Assembly: GCA_919902995.1 (NCBI GenBank)
Contig: CAKKSD010000008.1
Span: forward strand, 10,922-74,921
From: Thermodesulfovibrionia bacterium
Lineage (GTDB): Bacteria; Nitrospirota; Thermodesulfovibrionia; JACRGW01
Length of the DNA: 64,000 nt
Direction of reading: 5' to 3'
Position numbers and translations under genes: made by a program. The notes below the pieces were generated by a model that was not told where the DNA came from, did no database searches, and saw nothing but the letters and a program-made list of their open reading frames with translations. Positions 46,452 through 55,625 of the stretch are shown piece by piece (within the stretch, counting starts at the first letter, position 1; each line of letters begins with the position of its first letter).

Positions 46452-47201
46452 TTAAATCCCTATATAAGCATCCATAACTTTTTGATTGTTAAGAATTTCC
46501 TCTGGCAATCCTGCCGCTGTAATTTTACCAGAATCCATAAAATAAATATAGTCAGAGATTGCCTCCACTGCATCCATATTATGCTCTACAGCAATTATCG
46601 TTTTACCAAGCCCTTTAAGCTCTTTTATTTTCTCCAAAATGGTATCTGCCATGTCAGGGTTGACCCCGCTTACAGGCTCATCTATAAGCAATAACTCAAA
46701 ATCCCCGCATAAAAGCCTTGCAAGGCTCAAGAGCTTCTGCTGACCCCAGGAAAGATTCTCCGCAAGATGGTCTTTCTTATCAGCAAGTCCAACAAAATTA
46801 AGCCATTTCATTACTGTCTCGATTTTTTTTCTCTCTTTTCCATTCCTTCTCCCAAAGATAGCCCTGAAAGGATTTTCAGAATTATCATTGAATGTGACAA
46901 GGAGGTTCTCAAGAAGGGTAATCTTTTTAAAGACCCTTATATCCTGAAAGAGCCTTCCGATTCCTGATACAGCCCTCCTCCAGGGATCTAATAGAGTAAT
47001 ATCTCTCTCTTTATAGATTATTCTGCCCTTGTCCGGGTATAGGTAGCCACATATGAGATTAAATAGCGTAGTCTTACCAGCACCATTCGGCCCTATTATG
47101 GCTGAAATCTTGCCTGCCTCTACCCCCAGATCAAGGTTGTCTATCGCCTTAAGCCCGTCAAAGTTCTTTGTAAGGCCCTCTAATCTCAGTATATTACCCA
47201 A
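46452..47201 (-). CDS. livG: branched-chain amino-acid ABC transporter ATP-binding protein LivG
   Basis: GPNGAGKTTLFN, LSWGQQKLLSLAR, LLLIDEP. Confidence 0.8.
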   Translation of the reverse strand: MGNILRLEGLTKNFDGLKAIDNLDLGVEAGKISAIIGPNGAGKTTLFNLICGYLYPDKGRIIYKERDITLLDPWRRAVSGIGRLFQDIRVFKKITLLENLLVTFNDNSENPFRAIFGRRNGKERKKIETVMKWLNFVGLADKKDHLAENLSWGQQKLLSLARLLCGDFELLLIDEPVSGVNPDMADTILEKIKELKGLGKTIIAVEHNMDAVEAISDYIYFMDSGKITAAGLPEEILNNQKVMDAYIGI

Positions 47202-48063
47202 ACCTGTACTCCCCTGCTAACCCCCATGGCCTGAACCTCATGAGAAGTATCAGTACCATGGCGTATATTATCTGCCTGACATTCGGCGCTACACTGTCCG
47301 GGATTCCAAGGAACCTTAAGCCCTCTGGCAGGAGGATCATCAACAGGGTACCTATAACAGGTCCTCTGAGGTTTCCTGAGCCACCAACTAATACAATCGA
47401 GAGTATAAATATAGACTCATCAAGGTTGAAACTTGTAGGGTCTATATATGTTACATAGGATGCATATAGCGCACCAGCCACTGAAGCCATACCGCTACTT
47501 ATAGCGAAGGCAAGGATTTTAAATTTCTTTACATCCTTACCAATGGAGGTGGCTGAGAGTTCATCCTCCCTTATGGCTTTGAGCACGAGTCCGAAGGGGG
47601 ATGAATAGAGTCTTTTTGCTATTAAGAAAACCCCAAGGGCCAGCCCTCCTGAAAGGACAAAGAACTTATAAAGGTTGTCAAAACTTATACCTAAAATCTC
47701 TGGTCTCGGTATGCCAGGGATTCCATAGGGCCCTCTTGTGAGGTCAATCCAGTTGTATAGGATTGTAAAGATAATTATCTGAAAGGCCAGGGATGCAAGT
47801 ATAAAATAATCGCCATGCAGTCTGGTGGATGGATAAGAGACTAAAAGTGATACAGCTGCGGAAAAAACAATTGCAATTGCCATACAGACAAAGAAGTTAA
47901 TCCCCATTTTCATCATAAGAAGTGTCATCACATAGGCACCGATGCCGTAGAAGGCAGCCTGTGCAAGGCTTAAAAGGCCGGTATAACCCACAGGAAGGTT
48001 TAACGAAAGTGCAAGGATTGTGTATATAGATATCATAATCAGGATGTGAAGCAGGTAGTTCAT
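47194..48063 (-). CDS. livM: branched-chain amino-acid ABC transporter permease LivM
   Basis: Polytopic permease with the LivM-type GYTGLLSLAQAAFYGIGAY pattern. Confidence 0.75.
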   Translation of the reverse strand: MNYLLHILIMISIYTILALSLNLPVGYTGLLSLAQAAFYGIGAYVMTLLMMKMGINFFVCMAIAIVFSAAVSLLVSYPSTRLHGDYFILASLAFQIIIFTILYNWIDLTRGPYGIPGIPRPEILGISFDNLYKFFVLSGGLALGVFLIAKRLYSSPFGLVLKAIREDELSATSIGKDVKKFKILAFAISSGMASVAGALYASYVTYIDPTSFNLDESIFILSIVLVGGSGNLRGPVIGTLLMILLPEGLRFLGIPDSVAPNVRQIIYAMVLILLMRFRPWGLAGEYRFG

Positions 48064-48935
48064 ATCTCCTCAACCCTCTTCTTTACAACAAAAAGTCCTC
48101 CTGATTTATAAAGAAGGACTAATATGAGGATAAAGAAGGTTACCGCTGACTCCCACCTTGCAGAAAACTGCCAAATAACAAGGTTCTGTAATATGCCGAT
48201 AAGTAACGACCCTATGATTATACCCTCAATCTTTTTTATTCCCCCAATGATGACTGCAACAACAGCATTCAGAAGTGCAAGCATCCCTATATGTGGGTCG
48301 ATCCCAACATCTATGCCTGTAAGTATCGAGGCCAGCCCTGCAATGGCAGAGCCTATAGCAAAGACCATCCCTTTAACCCATCTTTCGTTAAGCCCTATAG
48401 CCTTAAATAATACAGGATTGTCACCAATAGCTCTAATTGCTCTGCCAGACTTTGTCCCTTGCACAAAAGAATATGTGAGTATAAAAAGTATCAGAAATGA
48501 CAAAAATTGATAAACCTGTATCCATGTAAGGATAATATTCCCAAAGCTAAGGCTCTCACTTAATCCTTCAGAGAGTATCTTTGTCTCATTTCCAAAAATA
48601 AGGGCGATTATGTTGACCATGAATATGTATATAGCCAATGAACTTATGAACTTTATTCCTGCCGAGGCATTCTTTTTCTCAAGGGGTCTATAAACTATGA
48701 AATACATGACAAGGCCAAAGATGATGCTTGAGATTAACGATAATACTAATGCTATTGATAGGGAGATGTCTTTAGAGACATAAAGGCTATAAAAGACATA
48801 AGCGGATGCTGTATAGACCGCACCATGAGCTATATGGAACAGATTGGTAGCCCTATAAATAAACCAAAACCCAATAGCCATAATGGCTATCAGAGAGCCT
48901 GAAACTATCCCATTTACTATGAATTGTAATAACAT
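48060..48935 (-). CDS. livH: branched-chain amino-acid ABC transporter permease LivH
   Basis: Polytopic permease. First gene of the operon, overlapping livM. Confidence 0.75.
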   Translation of the reverse strand: MLLQFIVNGIVSGSLIAIMAIGFWFIYRATNLFHIAHGAVYTASAYVFYSLYVSKDISLSIALVLSLISSIIFGLVMYFIVYRPLEKKNASAGIKFISSLAIYIFMVNIIALIFGNETKILSEGLSESLSFGNIILTWIQVYQFLSFLILFILTYSFVQGTKSGRAIRAIGDNPVLFKAIGLNERWVKGMVFAIGSAIAGLASILTGIDVGIDPHIGMLALLNAVVAVIIGGIKKIEGIIIGSLLIGILQNLVIWQFSARWESAVTFFILILVLLYKSGGLFVVKKRVEEI

Positions 48936-49135
48936 ATTGTAACCCTATACCAGCATAGATAATATCAGACCCTTCAGATAAAAAATATCCCCAAAATATC
49001 CGAGAATTAACTTTATAAGTTAGTATATTTTAGGAATATTATGCGGATTTTTATTTAAGTTGCAATAGATTATTCTGTCTATATGAAAGAGGCCAATTCA
49101 ATAAACTTTAAGAATCGAAAGAAAGGAGGAGTAAA

Positions 49136-49648
49136 ATGAGTAAACTTCCAGGGCAAAGGGTGGCTATCTTAATTGATGGGCAAAACATTTATCTGTCCGC
49201 AAAGGCAAGAGGTGCTAAACCAGATTATAACAAAATCATGAATGCAGTGAATGGCAGAGAAATTGTCAGGGCGATTATCTACAATATCCTGCTAGATGGG
49301 GTTGACCAGAGCAAGTTTGTCTACGCAATGGAGAGCATGGGTTATGAGGTCAGATCGAAACGGCCACGCACACTTCCAGACGGCTCTTTCAAAGCAGACT
49401 GGGATATGCAAATTGCCATTGATGCTATTGCCCTTGCTGATAAGGTCGATGTCATGGTTATCCTAACCGGGGATACAGACTTTGTACCACTCGTCCATGC
49501 CTTAAAGTCTAAAGGCGTTAAGGTCGAAGTAATGTCATTCCGCGAGACAACAGGGAAAGAGCTAATCGAAGCCGCTGATGTCTATATAGAAATAACTGAT
49601 GATATGTTGATACACGAAAACCGGCCATGTGCAAGTTCTTACAAATAG
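49136..49648 (+). CDS. NYN-domain (LabA-like) protein
   Basis: VAILIDGQNIY ... VMVILTGDTDFVPLV conserved Asp motifs of NYN/LabA ribonuclease-like proteins. SD aaaggagga. Confidence 0.65.
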   Translation: MSKLPGQRVAILIDGQNIYLSAKARGAKPDYNKIMNAVNGREIVRAIIYNILLDGVDQSKFVYAMESMGYEVRSKRPRTLPDGSFKADWDMQIAIDAIALADKVDVMVILTGDTDFVPLVHALKSKGVKVEVMSFRETTGKELIEAADVYIEITDDMLIHENRPCASSYK

Positions 49649-49657
49649 AATACCTGT

Positions 49658-49686
49658 AGAAAAAATGAAGTTGATTCATTTTTTTC
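49658..49686. terminator. AT-rich hairpin gaaaaaatgaa-gttgat-tcatttttttc downstream of the NYN gene
   Basis: 9-bp stem followed by a T run. Immediately abuts the first cassette repeat. Confidence 0.35.
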
Positions 49687-49740
49687 TCTTCTTTATCAAT
49701 GTCAACAGATCATTTAACTGGTGGTTGTCGATGAGTCGCA
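49686..49740. repeat. cassette-boundary repeat R1 (divergent copy)
   Basis: tcttctttatcaatgtcaacagatcatttaactggtggttgtcgatgagtcg, compared with the consensus TTCTCCTTTATCAATGTCAATAAATCATTCGGCTGGCGGTTGTCGATGACTCGTAGAGAAGTA. Confidence 0.55.
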
Positions 49741-49767
49741 TCTAAATAAAGTGTCTCAAAGGTTTTT

Positions 49768-50169
49768 TTACTTAAATATCTCTTCAAAATCTTTGGGCTT
49801 TATAATTTTTGTATTATGAAATGGATTTAAAGCAAGGAGATCTTCATCTCCTGTAACGAGATGATCAGCTTTTCCCTCCAATGCTACTTCAAGCAGAAAA
49901 TTATCCTTTTCATCCCTGCAGGCATTAACCTTCTGGCTTGGCGAAACTACTATTGCATAACCATCAAGAAGTGAAAATAGCTCCTTGATTCTCCTGGAAG
50001 TAAAAATATTCTTAAATTTTGGGCGGCTTGATACTTCACTAAGCTCTTTCAACATCTCATCTGATAAGACAACTTTTATCTCTTTTGAAAGTATCTTTTC
50101 ATCTATGCCCTGTAAAAGGCTTCCGAGCAAGTAACTGATCCATATATTGGTATCAATTACGACTTTCAT
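49768..50169 (-). CDS. PIN-domain toxin (VapC-like)
   Basis: MKVVIDTNIWISYL start with conserved Asp. 133 aa. Overlaps the antitoxin gene. Confidence 0.6.
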   Translation of the reverse strand: MKVVIDTNIWISYLLGSLLQGIDEKILSKEIKVVLSDEMLKELSEVSSRPKFKNIFTSRRIKELFSLLDGYAIVVSPSQKVNACRDEKDNFLLEVALEGKADHLVTGDEDLLALNPFHNTKIIKPKDFEEIFK

Positions 50170-50398
50170 ATCGTTCTTGTCTTACAGCCTCTACCTCTTT
50201 GGTGATCTCCTCTATTGTTATAGGATATTTTCTTGCAGACTCTCTAAACTCCTTTAAAAGACTTTTAAATCTCGTAGCAAAAAGTTCTTCTTCCAACATT
50301 GTCAATACTTTTATTTTCATTTCTACTGGCAAATTCTTTACAGTCTTTTTAATTTTATTTAAGTCTGCATTCGAAATTGTTTTTAACATTACCAACAC
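50153..50398 (-). CDS. putative antitoxin partner of the PIN toxin (81 aa)
   Basis: Small upstream overlapping ORF. An identical copy exists at 51592..51837. Confidence 0.45.
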   Translation of the reverse strand: MLVMLKTISNADLNKIKKTVKNLPVEMKIKVLTMLEEELFATRFKSLLKEFRESARKYPITIEEITKEVEAVRQERYESRN

Positions 50399-50554
50399 CT
50401 CCTTAGTCCTCTTGTATTGTTTTTTATATTGGGATTTCCGTATCTATAATATGGGTCATAACTTATTCTTGAAAAGAGTATTCATATTTTTTGATTTCTT
50501 CTAAAGTTTCCTATATATATTCTATGTGTTCTTACCCATTTATACAATATTTAT

Positions 50555-50603
50555 TTTTCTTTTATAAGTGTCAATAAATCATTCGGCTGGCGGTTGTCGA
50601 TGA
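50555..50603. repeat. cassette-boundary repeat R2
   Basis: ttttcttttataagtgtcaataaatcattcggctggcggttgtcgatga. Confidence 0.6.
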
Positions 50604-50646
50604 TTAGTATAGCAGATGAGCGTGCAGGTACACTTTTGTAAAACCT

Positions 50647-50994
50647 TTATAAAGGCAAGAATTCTACTCTATTAGCCAAATCTTCAGGTTCTCCGGATTG
50701 TGCAATTATTTCTAAGTCCTTGATGCAGGCTCCAATTGAAATGTTTAAAGGAGATGTATAAATTACTCCCGAAAATGGAATTGATAACCTTTGCCTTTTT
50801 GCAGCCTCTACCAATAAATCATCATCAAAAGTAAAAAGCACACGATTTAATACAGTCGCACGCTCTAACAATTCAGAATCGGAAAGTTTATCAGCATTGT
50901 CTTCTTGCGCTGTAAGAAGATCAATTCCTCGTAACCGGAGTCCATTTGTAACAGCCTTTGGTATATGGGCATCCATATAAAGCTTAATAGCCAC
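50647..50994 (-). CDS. DUF5615-family PIN-like toxin
   Basis: MAIKLYMDAHIPKAVTNGLRLRGIDLL. Paralogous to 23044..23409. Confidence 0.5.
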   Translation of the reverse strand: MAIKLYMDAHIPKAVTNGLRLRGIDLLTAQEDNADKLSDSELLERATVLNRVLFTFDDDLLVEAAKRQRLSIPFSGVIYTSPLNISIGACIKDLEIIAQSGEPEDLANRVEFLPL

Positions 50995-51311
50995 TACAAT
51001 AACCCAGAGGCCTTTAATCTTTCTTTCAAGGGAGATTTTTCAGGGGCTTTATATTGCATAATACCCTTCAGGCGTTGCTCAATATCTTTATTAAGTTTCT
51101 CTTCATTGTCATAATAATAGGCCAGCGCCGAATGGATCTGCCCCAAGGTCAAATAAGGGTGCTGTAGATGTAATTCCTCAGGACTCCACCCATACGCTAC
51201 CTTTTCGGCCACAAGTTCAACCACCTTCATGGTAGTGCCTGCAATAAAAGGAATCCCTTTCTCGTCAATAGTAATATGCTCATATTTAGTTTCTACTGAA
51301 TGCATATGCAC
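50994..51311 (-). CDS. DUF433-family antitoxin
   Basis: ITIDEKGIPFIAGTTMKVVELVAEKVAYGWSPEELHLQHPYLTLGQIHSALAYYYDNEE. Paralogous to 23406..23645. Confidence 0.5.
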   Translation of the reverse strand: MHMHSVETKYEHITIDEKGIPFIAGTTMKVVELVAEKVAYGWSPEELHLQHPYLTLGQIHSALAYYYDNEEKLNKDIEQRLKGIMQYKAPEKSPLKERLKASGLL

Positions 51312-51382
51312 CTCCCTATTATTGCTTAATTATACCATAGATAGTGAAATAGCTCTTTATTATTTTTAATGCGATGAAAATT

Positions 51383-51468
51383 TCTTCTTTTATCAATGTC
51401 GCCAATAAATCATTCGGCTGGCGGATGTCGATGACTCATTTACGACCCGTAGGATAGAGAAGTAGCAC
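51383..51468. repeat. cassette-boundary repeat R3 (long form with a 20-nt insert)
   Basis: ttcttcttttatcaatgtcgccaataaatcattcggctggcggatgtcgatgactcatttacgacccgtaggatagagaagtagcac. Confidence 0.6.
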
Positions 51469-51480
51469 TTTTCTTTTCAA

Positions 51481-51530
51481 TCAATGCCTTTAAGTTGTTA
51501 TGAGCATCGGGTTGGTGGTTCTAATTAAAG
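51481..51530. repeat. degenerate cassette-boundary repeat R3b
   Basis: caatgcctttaagttgttatgagcatcgggttggtggttctaattaaagtg aligns with R1 caatgtcaacagatcatttaactggtggttgtcgatgagtcgcatctaaataaagtg. Confidence 0.4.
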
Positions 51531-51540
51531 TGTCTTAAAG

Positions 51541-51606
51541 GTTTTTTACTTAAATATCTCTTCAAAATCTTTGGGCCTTATAATTTTGGTATCAATTACG
51601 ACTTTC
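51541..51606 (-). pseudogene. vapC (PIN) remnant with internal deletion
   Basis: Only the 3' end (ttacttaaatatctcttcaaaatctttggg.cttataatttt) and the start-codon region (gtatcaattacgactttcat) of the 49768..50169 PIN gene remain, fused together. Confidence 0.55.
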
Positions 51607-51837
51607 ATATCGTTCTTGTCTTACAGCCTCTACCTCTTTGGTGATCTCCTCTATTGTTATAGGATATTTTCTTGCAGACTCTCTAAACTCCTTTAAAAGA
51701 CTTTTAAATCTCGTAGCAAAAAGTTCTTCTTCCAACATTGTCAATACTTTTATTTTCATTTCTACTGGCAAATTCTTTACAGTCTTTTTAATTTTATTTA
51801 AGTCTGCATTCGAAATTGTTTTTAACATTACCAACAC
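51592..51837 (-). CDS. putative antitoxin, exact duplicate of 50153..50398, now orphaned
   Basis: Identical 81-aa translation in the ORF track. The upstream leader is also duplicated. Confidence 0.45.
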   Translation of the reverse strand: MLVMLKTISNADLNKIKKTVKNLPVEMKIKVLTMLEEELFATRFKSLLKEFRESARKYPITIEEITKEVEAVRQERYESRN

Positions 51838-52004
51838 CTCCTTAGTCCTCTTGTATTGTTTTTTATATTGGGATTTCCGTTCTGTAGCTTTATCAATACC
51901 TCTTTCATTAGAATCTACCTCCTTCTTCTGTAAGAATATTTCTTAACAATTTTAGGATTCCTATACATATTCTATGTGTTCTTACCCATTTATACAGTAT
52001 TTAT

Positions 52005-52070
52005 TTTTCTTTTATAAGTGTCAATAATTCATTCGGCTGGCAGTTGTCGATGACTCGTAGAGAAGTATAT
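52005..52070. repeat. cassette-boundary repeat R4
   Basis: ttttcttttataagtgtcaataattcattcggctggcagttgtcgatgactcgtagagaagtatatgag. Confidence 0.6.
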
Positions 52071-52145
52071 GAGTAGTCTCTCAAGACTCTTCCTTTTGAA
52101 ATTTTCGTTTTTAAATCGTTGCTGACCTATTTGAGATACAACCAG

Positions 52146-52355
52146 TTAATGGGCCAGTGTCTTGGTATGAATGATTTTTAGACCCAGTGCTTTAACTGTA
52201 TCCTCAGTAGCCTTGCGAGTTTTTTCAATAAGTTCTCTTGGAGAGAGATTTTTTGTTTCGTTGTAGTCTTCTTCTCGGACCTTGTGAATCCATTCCAAAG
52301 ATTTATATCTCCATTTCTTCATATTCAACCACCTCCTCTGGTGATATAATCTCAA
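52146..52355 (-). CDS. small basic protein (69 aa), probable partner of the upstream PIN protein
   Basis: Overlaps the PIN gene's 3' end. No family recognised. Confidence 0.3.
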   Translation of the reverse strand: MRLYHQRRWLNMKKWRYKSLEWIHKVREEDYNETKNLSPRELIEKTRKATEDTVKALGLKIIHTKTLAH

Positions 52356-52806
52356 TAGGCTTATAGCCCATCCTTAAATTGATACTATTAATCACTCTCC
52401 GCACGGTTATATTCACCATATGCCTGTAATTCCAGGAGACAATGAAATCAACTTCATGGTATACGCCGATTGCAATATGTCTGGCATCATTGCGATACTT
52501 AGCAGGAATAACCTCATCATTTACATAGACGTCTGATAACTCAATACATTCCTCGGTCTCTTCAAGTATCTTTAATCCCGCTTCAGTAATCGCACTCTTT
52601 AATTTTTCCTGTATTTCATGGGGAGCCTTCAAAATCTCCTCTAAGGTAAGAAAAGAAATAAATCCTTCATAAAGTCCATCTTTGATTAATCTGATAAGGC
52701 TCTCTGCTTTTTTTATTCTTTCAGCATCCGCTATATCAAAAAGCCCACCAAGAACTGATGTATCTATATACAGACTTGCCTTTTTCATCCATCCTTCTTT
52801 TCTCAT
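52303..52806 (-). CDS. PIN-domain protein (VapC-like)
   Basis: ASLYIDTSVLGG...YRNDARHIAIGVYHEVDFIVSWN shows PIN acidic residues. Confidence 0.5.
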   Translation of the reverse strand: MRKEGWMKKASLYIDTSVLGGLFDIADAERIKKAESLIRLIKDGLYEGFISFLTLEEILKAPHEIQEKLKSAITEAGLKILEETEECIELSDVYVNDEVIPAKYRNDARHIAIGVYHEVDFIVSWNYRHMVNITVRRVINSINLRMGYKPIEIISPEEVVEYEEMEI

Positions 52807-52949
52807 CTCTTCTTATCTCTACGACATGAGATAAGAGGGTAAAGTATTTTTGAATTAGTATACCCCAAAATAAGATAAGGTAAAAGCAAAAAAATCAGAA
52901 TAATAATATCGAATATGAGAAATAAAGGAGTTTGACATGCTCAGGACTT

Positions 52950-53013
52950 TTTCCCCTCTATCAATGTCAATAAATCATTTGGCTGGCGGTTGTCGATGAC
53001 TCGTAGAGAAGTA
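52950..53013. repeat. cassette-boundary repeat R5
   Basis: ttcccctctatcaatgtcaataaatcatttggctggcggttgtcgatgactcgtagagaagta. Confidence 0.6.
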
Positions 53014-53071
53014 AATAAGCAGTTTTCAAGATCTTTCCTGATGCTTCAATCCACCAGTGCATAGATATCAA

Positions 53072-53302
53072 TTAGTTTCTTCTATACGCTTGATCGTGAG
53101 GACCTAAATCAATAAACTTTATAGTATCGTCTGAACATTTATTGCAATCACTGCAGAGGACTATCTCACTATCGCCTTTTTTGCGGCATACCCTGCAGTA
53201 TAAGTAAATGATTAGAAAATTCTTTTGTATCGGGCAACTATAGTATCCCCTTAAATTTCCCTTCAATGGCTCACCCAGGGCAATAGGGTTTTCTATAATC
53301 AT
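53072..53302 (-). CDS. RelE/ParE-like toxin with C-terminal zinc-ribbon-like Cys motif
   Basis: LKGNLRGYYSCPIQKNFLIIYLY matches the RelE core (L.G.L.G.Y..RI...YRIIY), followed by CRVC...CSDCNKC. Confidence 0.35.
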   Translation of the reverse strand: MIIENPIALGEPLKGNLRGYYSCPIQKNFLIIYLYCRVCRKKGDSEIVLCSDCNKCSDDTIKFIDLGPHDQAYRRN

Positions 53303-53384
53303 ATCTACCTTCTTCTTGATGAACTTTTTTATTGAGCTGTATTTTTTAGTGAATCTTTAAAGGCATCGCTAAAGAGAACCTCCA

Positions 53385-53645
53385 TCAAAAGACCTCTTTA
53401 TACCTGAACCATTTCACCTTACCAGATCTTATTCTCGAAATAGTTTGAAGCAGGCTTTCCCTGAAATCTGGATCTGAAAGGATTACCTCGGTTGGGTTAC
53501 TTTCTATTGTACGTTTTAGGTTAAGAAGAAACTGCGTGATGATCTCTGAAACTGAAGTTCTCTGTTGCTCTGCATAAGTTTTGGCATAGTCTATCAGGTC
53601 TTTGTCCAATGTAATGTTTATTTTACCCTTCTGCATCAAAATCAC
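53385..53645 (-). CDS. putative antitoxin (86 aa) upstream of the RelE-like gene
   Basis: Position and size only. Confidence 0.3.
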   Translation of the reverse strand: MILMQKGKINITLDKDLIDYAKTYAEQQRTSVSEIITQFLLNLKRTIESNPTEVILSDPDFRESLLQTISRIRSGKVKWFRYKEVF

Positions 53646-53841
53646 CTCCTTATGCTTATAATATACGCCTGTTATACATCTTTGTCAATATCTCTCGAGC
53701 ATCCTCAGCACCCAAATCTTTGGCGTTAACCCTGGGGTTTACAACTCTCTTGGATGCCCACTATATTCTTGCCAACTCAGGTTATCAAATTTAATCAGAC
53801 ATTTCGGGAGCTTTCAAAAATAGGAAGTATACGAAATTCAT

Positions 53842-53925
53842 TTCTCCTTTATCAATGTCAATAAATCATTCGGCTGGCAGTTGTCGATGACTCGTCTGCG
53901 ACCTGTAGGGGAGAGAAGTAGAGGA
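53842..53925. repeat. cassette-boundary repeat R6 (long form)
   Basis: tttctcctttatcaatgtcaataaatcattcggctggcagttgtcgatgactcgtctgcgacctgtaggggagagaagtagagg. Confidence 0.6.
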
Positions 53926-53939
53926 ATGTTCTGAAAATT

Positions 53940-55595
53940 CTACACCTCAATTATCAGAGGCAGGATCATTGGTTTTCTGTCCATCTTCTTGAGTATATAT
54001 TTTCTGAGGGTACTCTTTACACCTGCCTGAACAAGGGGCCATTCGGACTTTATCTCTTTACCCATAGACTCGAGGGCCGTTATTACGACTTCCTTAACCT
54101 CTGTAAGGAGTTCCTGGGAGGCATCCTCAAAGACAAATCCCCTTGAGATTATATCGGGTCCGGTAACGACCTTTCCAGTTAGTTTTTCGATTCCAATGAT
54201 AACGATCACTACACCGTCATGGGCGAGTCTCAGTCTGTCCCTGAGGACGACATCTCCAACATCCCCTATACCCTTTCCATCTATAAATGCCCTTCCTGCG
54301 GCTACCCTTCCGGCCCTCCAGGCCCCATCCTTACCGAACTCCACAACATCTCCGTCCTCGAGGATAAATATATTCTCAGGCTGAACCCCTGTCTTTTCTG
54401 CAAGCCTTGAATGATAGAAGAGATGCCTGTATTCACCGTGGATGGGGATAAAATACTTAGGCCTGACTATACTGAGCATGAGCTTCAGTTCTTCTTTGGA
54501 TGCATGTCCTGAAACATGGATCTCCGAGACCTTTTCGTATATAACATCTGCACCCCTTTTTAAAAGGTGGTTTATTACCCTCGCTATTGCCCGTTCATTG
54601 CCGGGAATCATCTTGGCAGAGAGGACTACCGTATCACCTTTCTTGATCCTGATATGTTTATGCTCATCCATAGCTATTCTTGAAAGGACAGAAAGGGGTT
54701 CCCCCTGGCTTCCTGTCGTTATAAACACGGTCTCATTTTCAGAAAGTCTCTTCATCTCATCCATCCTGAGCCATGTCCCTTTGGGTATCTTGAGGTAGCC
54801 GAGCTCTAAGGCTATCTGGGCATTAGAGATCATGCTTTTACCATTAAGGATTACCTTCCTTCTGAACATGGCGGCCACATCAATGATCTGCTGTATCCTG
54901 TGTATATTTGATGAGAATGTGGCGACAATAATTCTTCCCTCAGCCTTTGAGAAGATATCTTCTAAGGCCCTTCGCACCTCCTTCTCTGAAAAGGTATACC
55001 CTCCTTTTTCCGAGTTGGTACTGTCGGAAAGAAAAAGAAGCGTCCCCTTATCCCCGTACTCAGAAAATTTATGGAAATCCATCAGCTCCCCATCGACAGG
55101 TGTTGGGTCGAGTTTAAAATCCCCGGTGTGGACGATCCTCCCTACCGGTGTGGTTATTCCGAGGCCGACGCCATCTACAATACTATGGGTGACCCGCATG
55201 AATTCTACAGTGAAATCCCCGAGATGGATTATATCCCTCGGCCTGACAGGGTTGAGTTCGATACCCTCGAGACGATGCTCCTTTAATTTCTCCTTCACGA
55301 GACCGAGGGTAAGAAGGGTACCGTATACTGGGACACTTATCTGTCTGAGGAGGTACGGAAGGGCACCTGTATGGTCCTCATGTCCATGGGTAAGGATTAT
55401 TCCCCTTATCTTTTCCTTGTTATCGAGGAGGTAGGAGAAATCGGGGATAACCATATCTACCCCGAGCATATCCTCTTCAGGGAACATCTGGCCTGAATCA
55501 ATAACTATGATGTCATCCCCGTATTCCATCACCATCATGTTCAGGCCGATCTCACCAAGACCTCCTAAGGGGATGATAGAAAGTGTGTCGTTCAT
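53940..55595 (-). CDS. rnj: ribonuclease J (metallo-beta-lactamase/beta-CASP)
   Basis: HGHEDHTGALPYL metallo-beta-lactamase motif, beta-CASP region, 551 aa. Confidence 0.85.
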   Translation of the reverse strand: MNDTLSIIPLGGLGEIGLNMMVMEYGDDIIVIDSGQMFPEEDMLGVDMVIPDFSYLLDNKEKIRGIILTHGHEDHTGALPYLLRQISVPVYGTLLTLGLVKEKLKEHRLEGIELNPVRPRDIIHLGDFTVEFMRVTHSIVDGVGLGITTPVGRIVHTGDFKLDPTPVDGELMDFHKFSEYGDKGTLLFLSDSTNSEKGGYTFSEKEVRRALEDIFSKAEGRIIVATFSSNIHRIQQIIDVAAMFRRKVILNGKSMISNAQIALELGYLKIPKGTWLRMDEMKRLSENETVFITTGSQGEPLSVLSRIAMDEHKHIRIKKGDTVVLSAKMIPGNERAIARVINHLLKRGADVIYEKVSEIHVSGHASKEELKLMLSIVRPKYFIPIHGEYRHLFYHSRLAEKTGVQPENIFILEDGDVVEFGKDGAWRAGRVAAGRAFIDGKGIGDVGDVVLRDRLRLAHDGVVIVIIGIEKLTGKVVTGPDIISRGFVFEDASQELLTEVKEVVITALESMGKEIKSEWPLVQAGVKSTLRKYILKKMDRKPMILPLIIEV

Positions 55596-55625
55596 GATAA
55601 TTTTAAAGTTGGTTAGTTATCGAGA

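Noticed and set aside
49686-53925. Canonical attC R' box (GTTRRRY) and R'' (RYYYAAC) in the cassette-boundary repeats.
   Set aside because: I could not find clean matches on either strand. The only candidate, GTTGTCG, does not fit the RRR purine positions. The integron interpretation is therefore kept as a hypothesis, not asserted.
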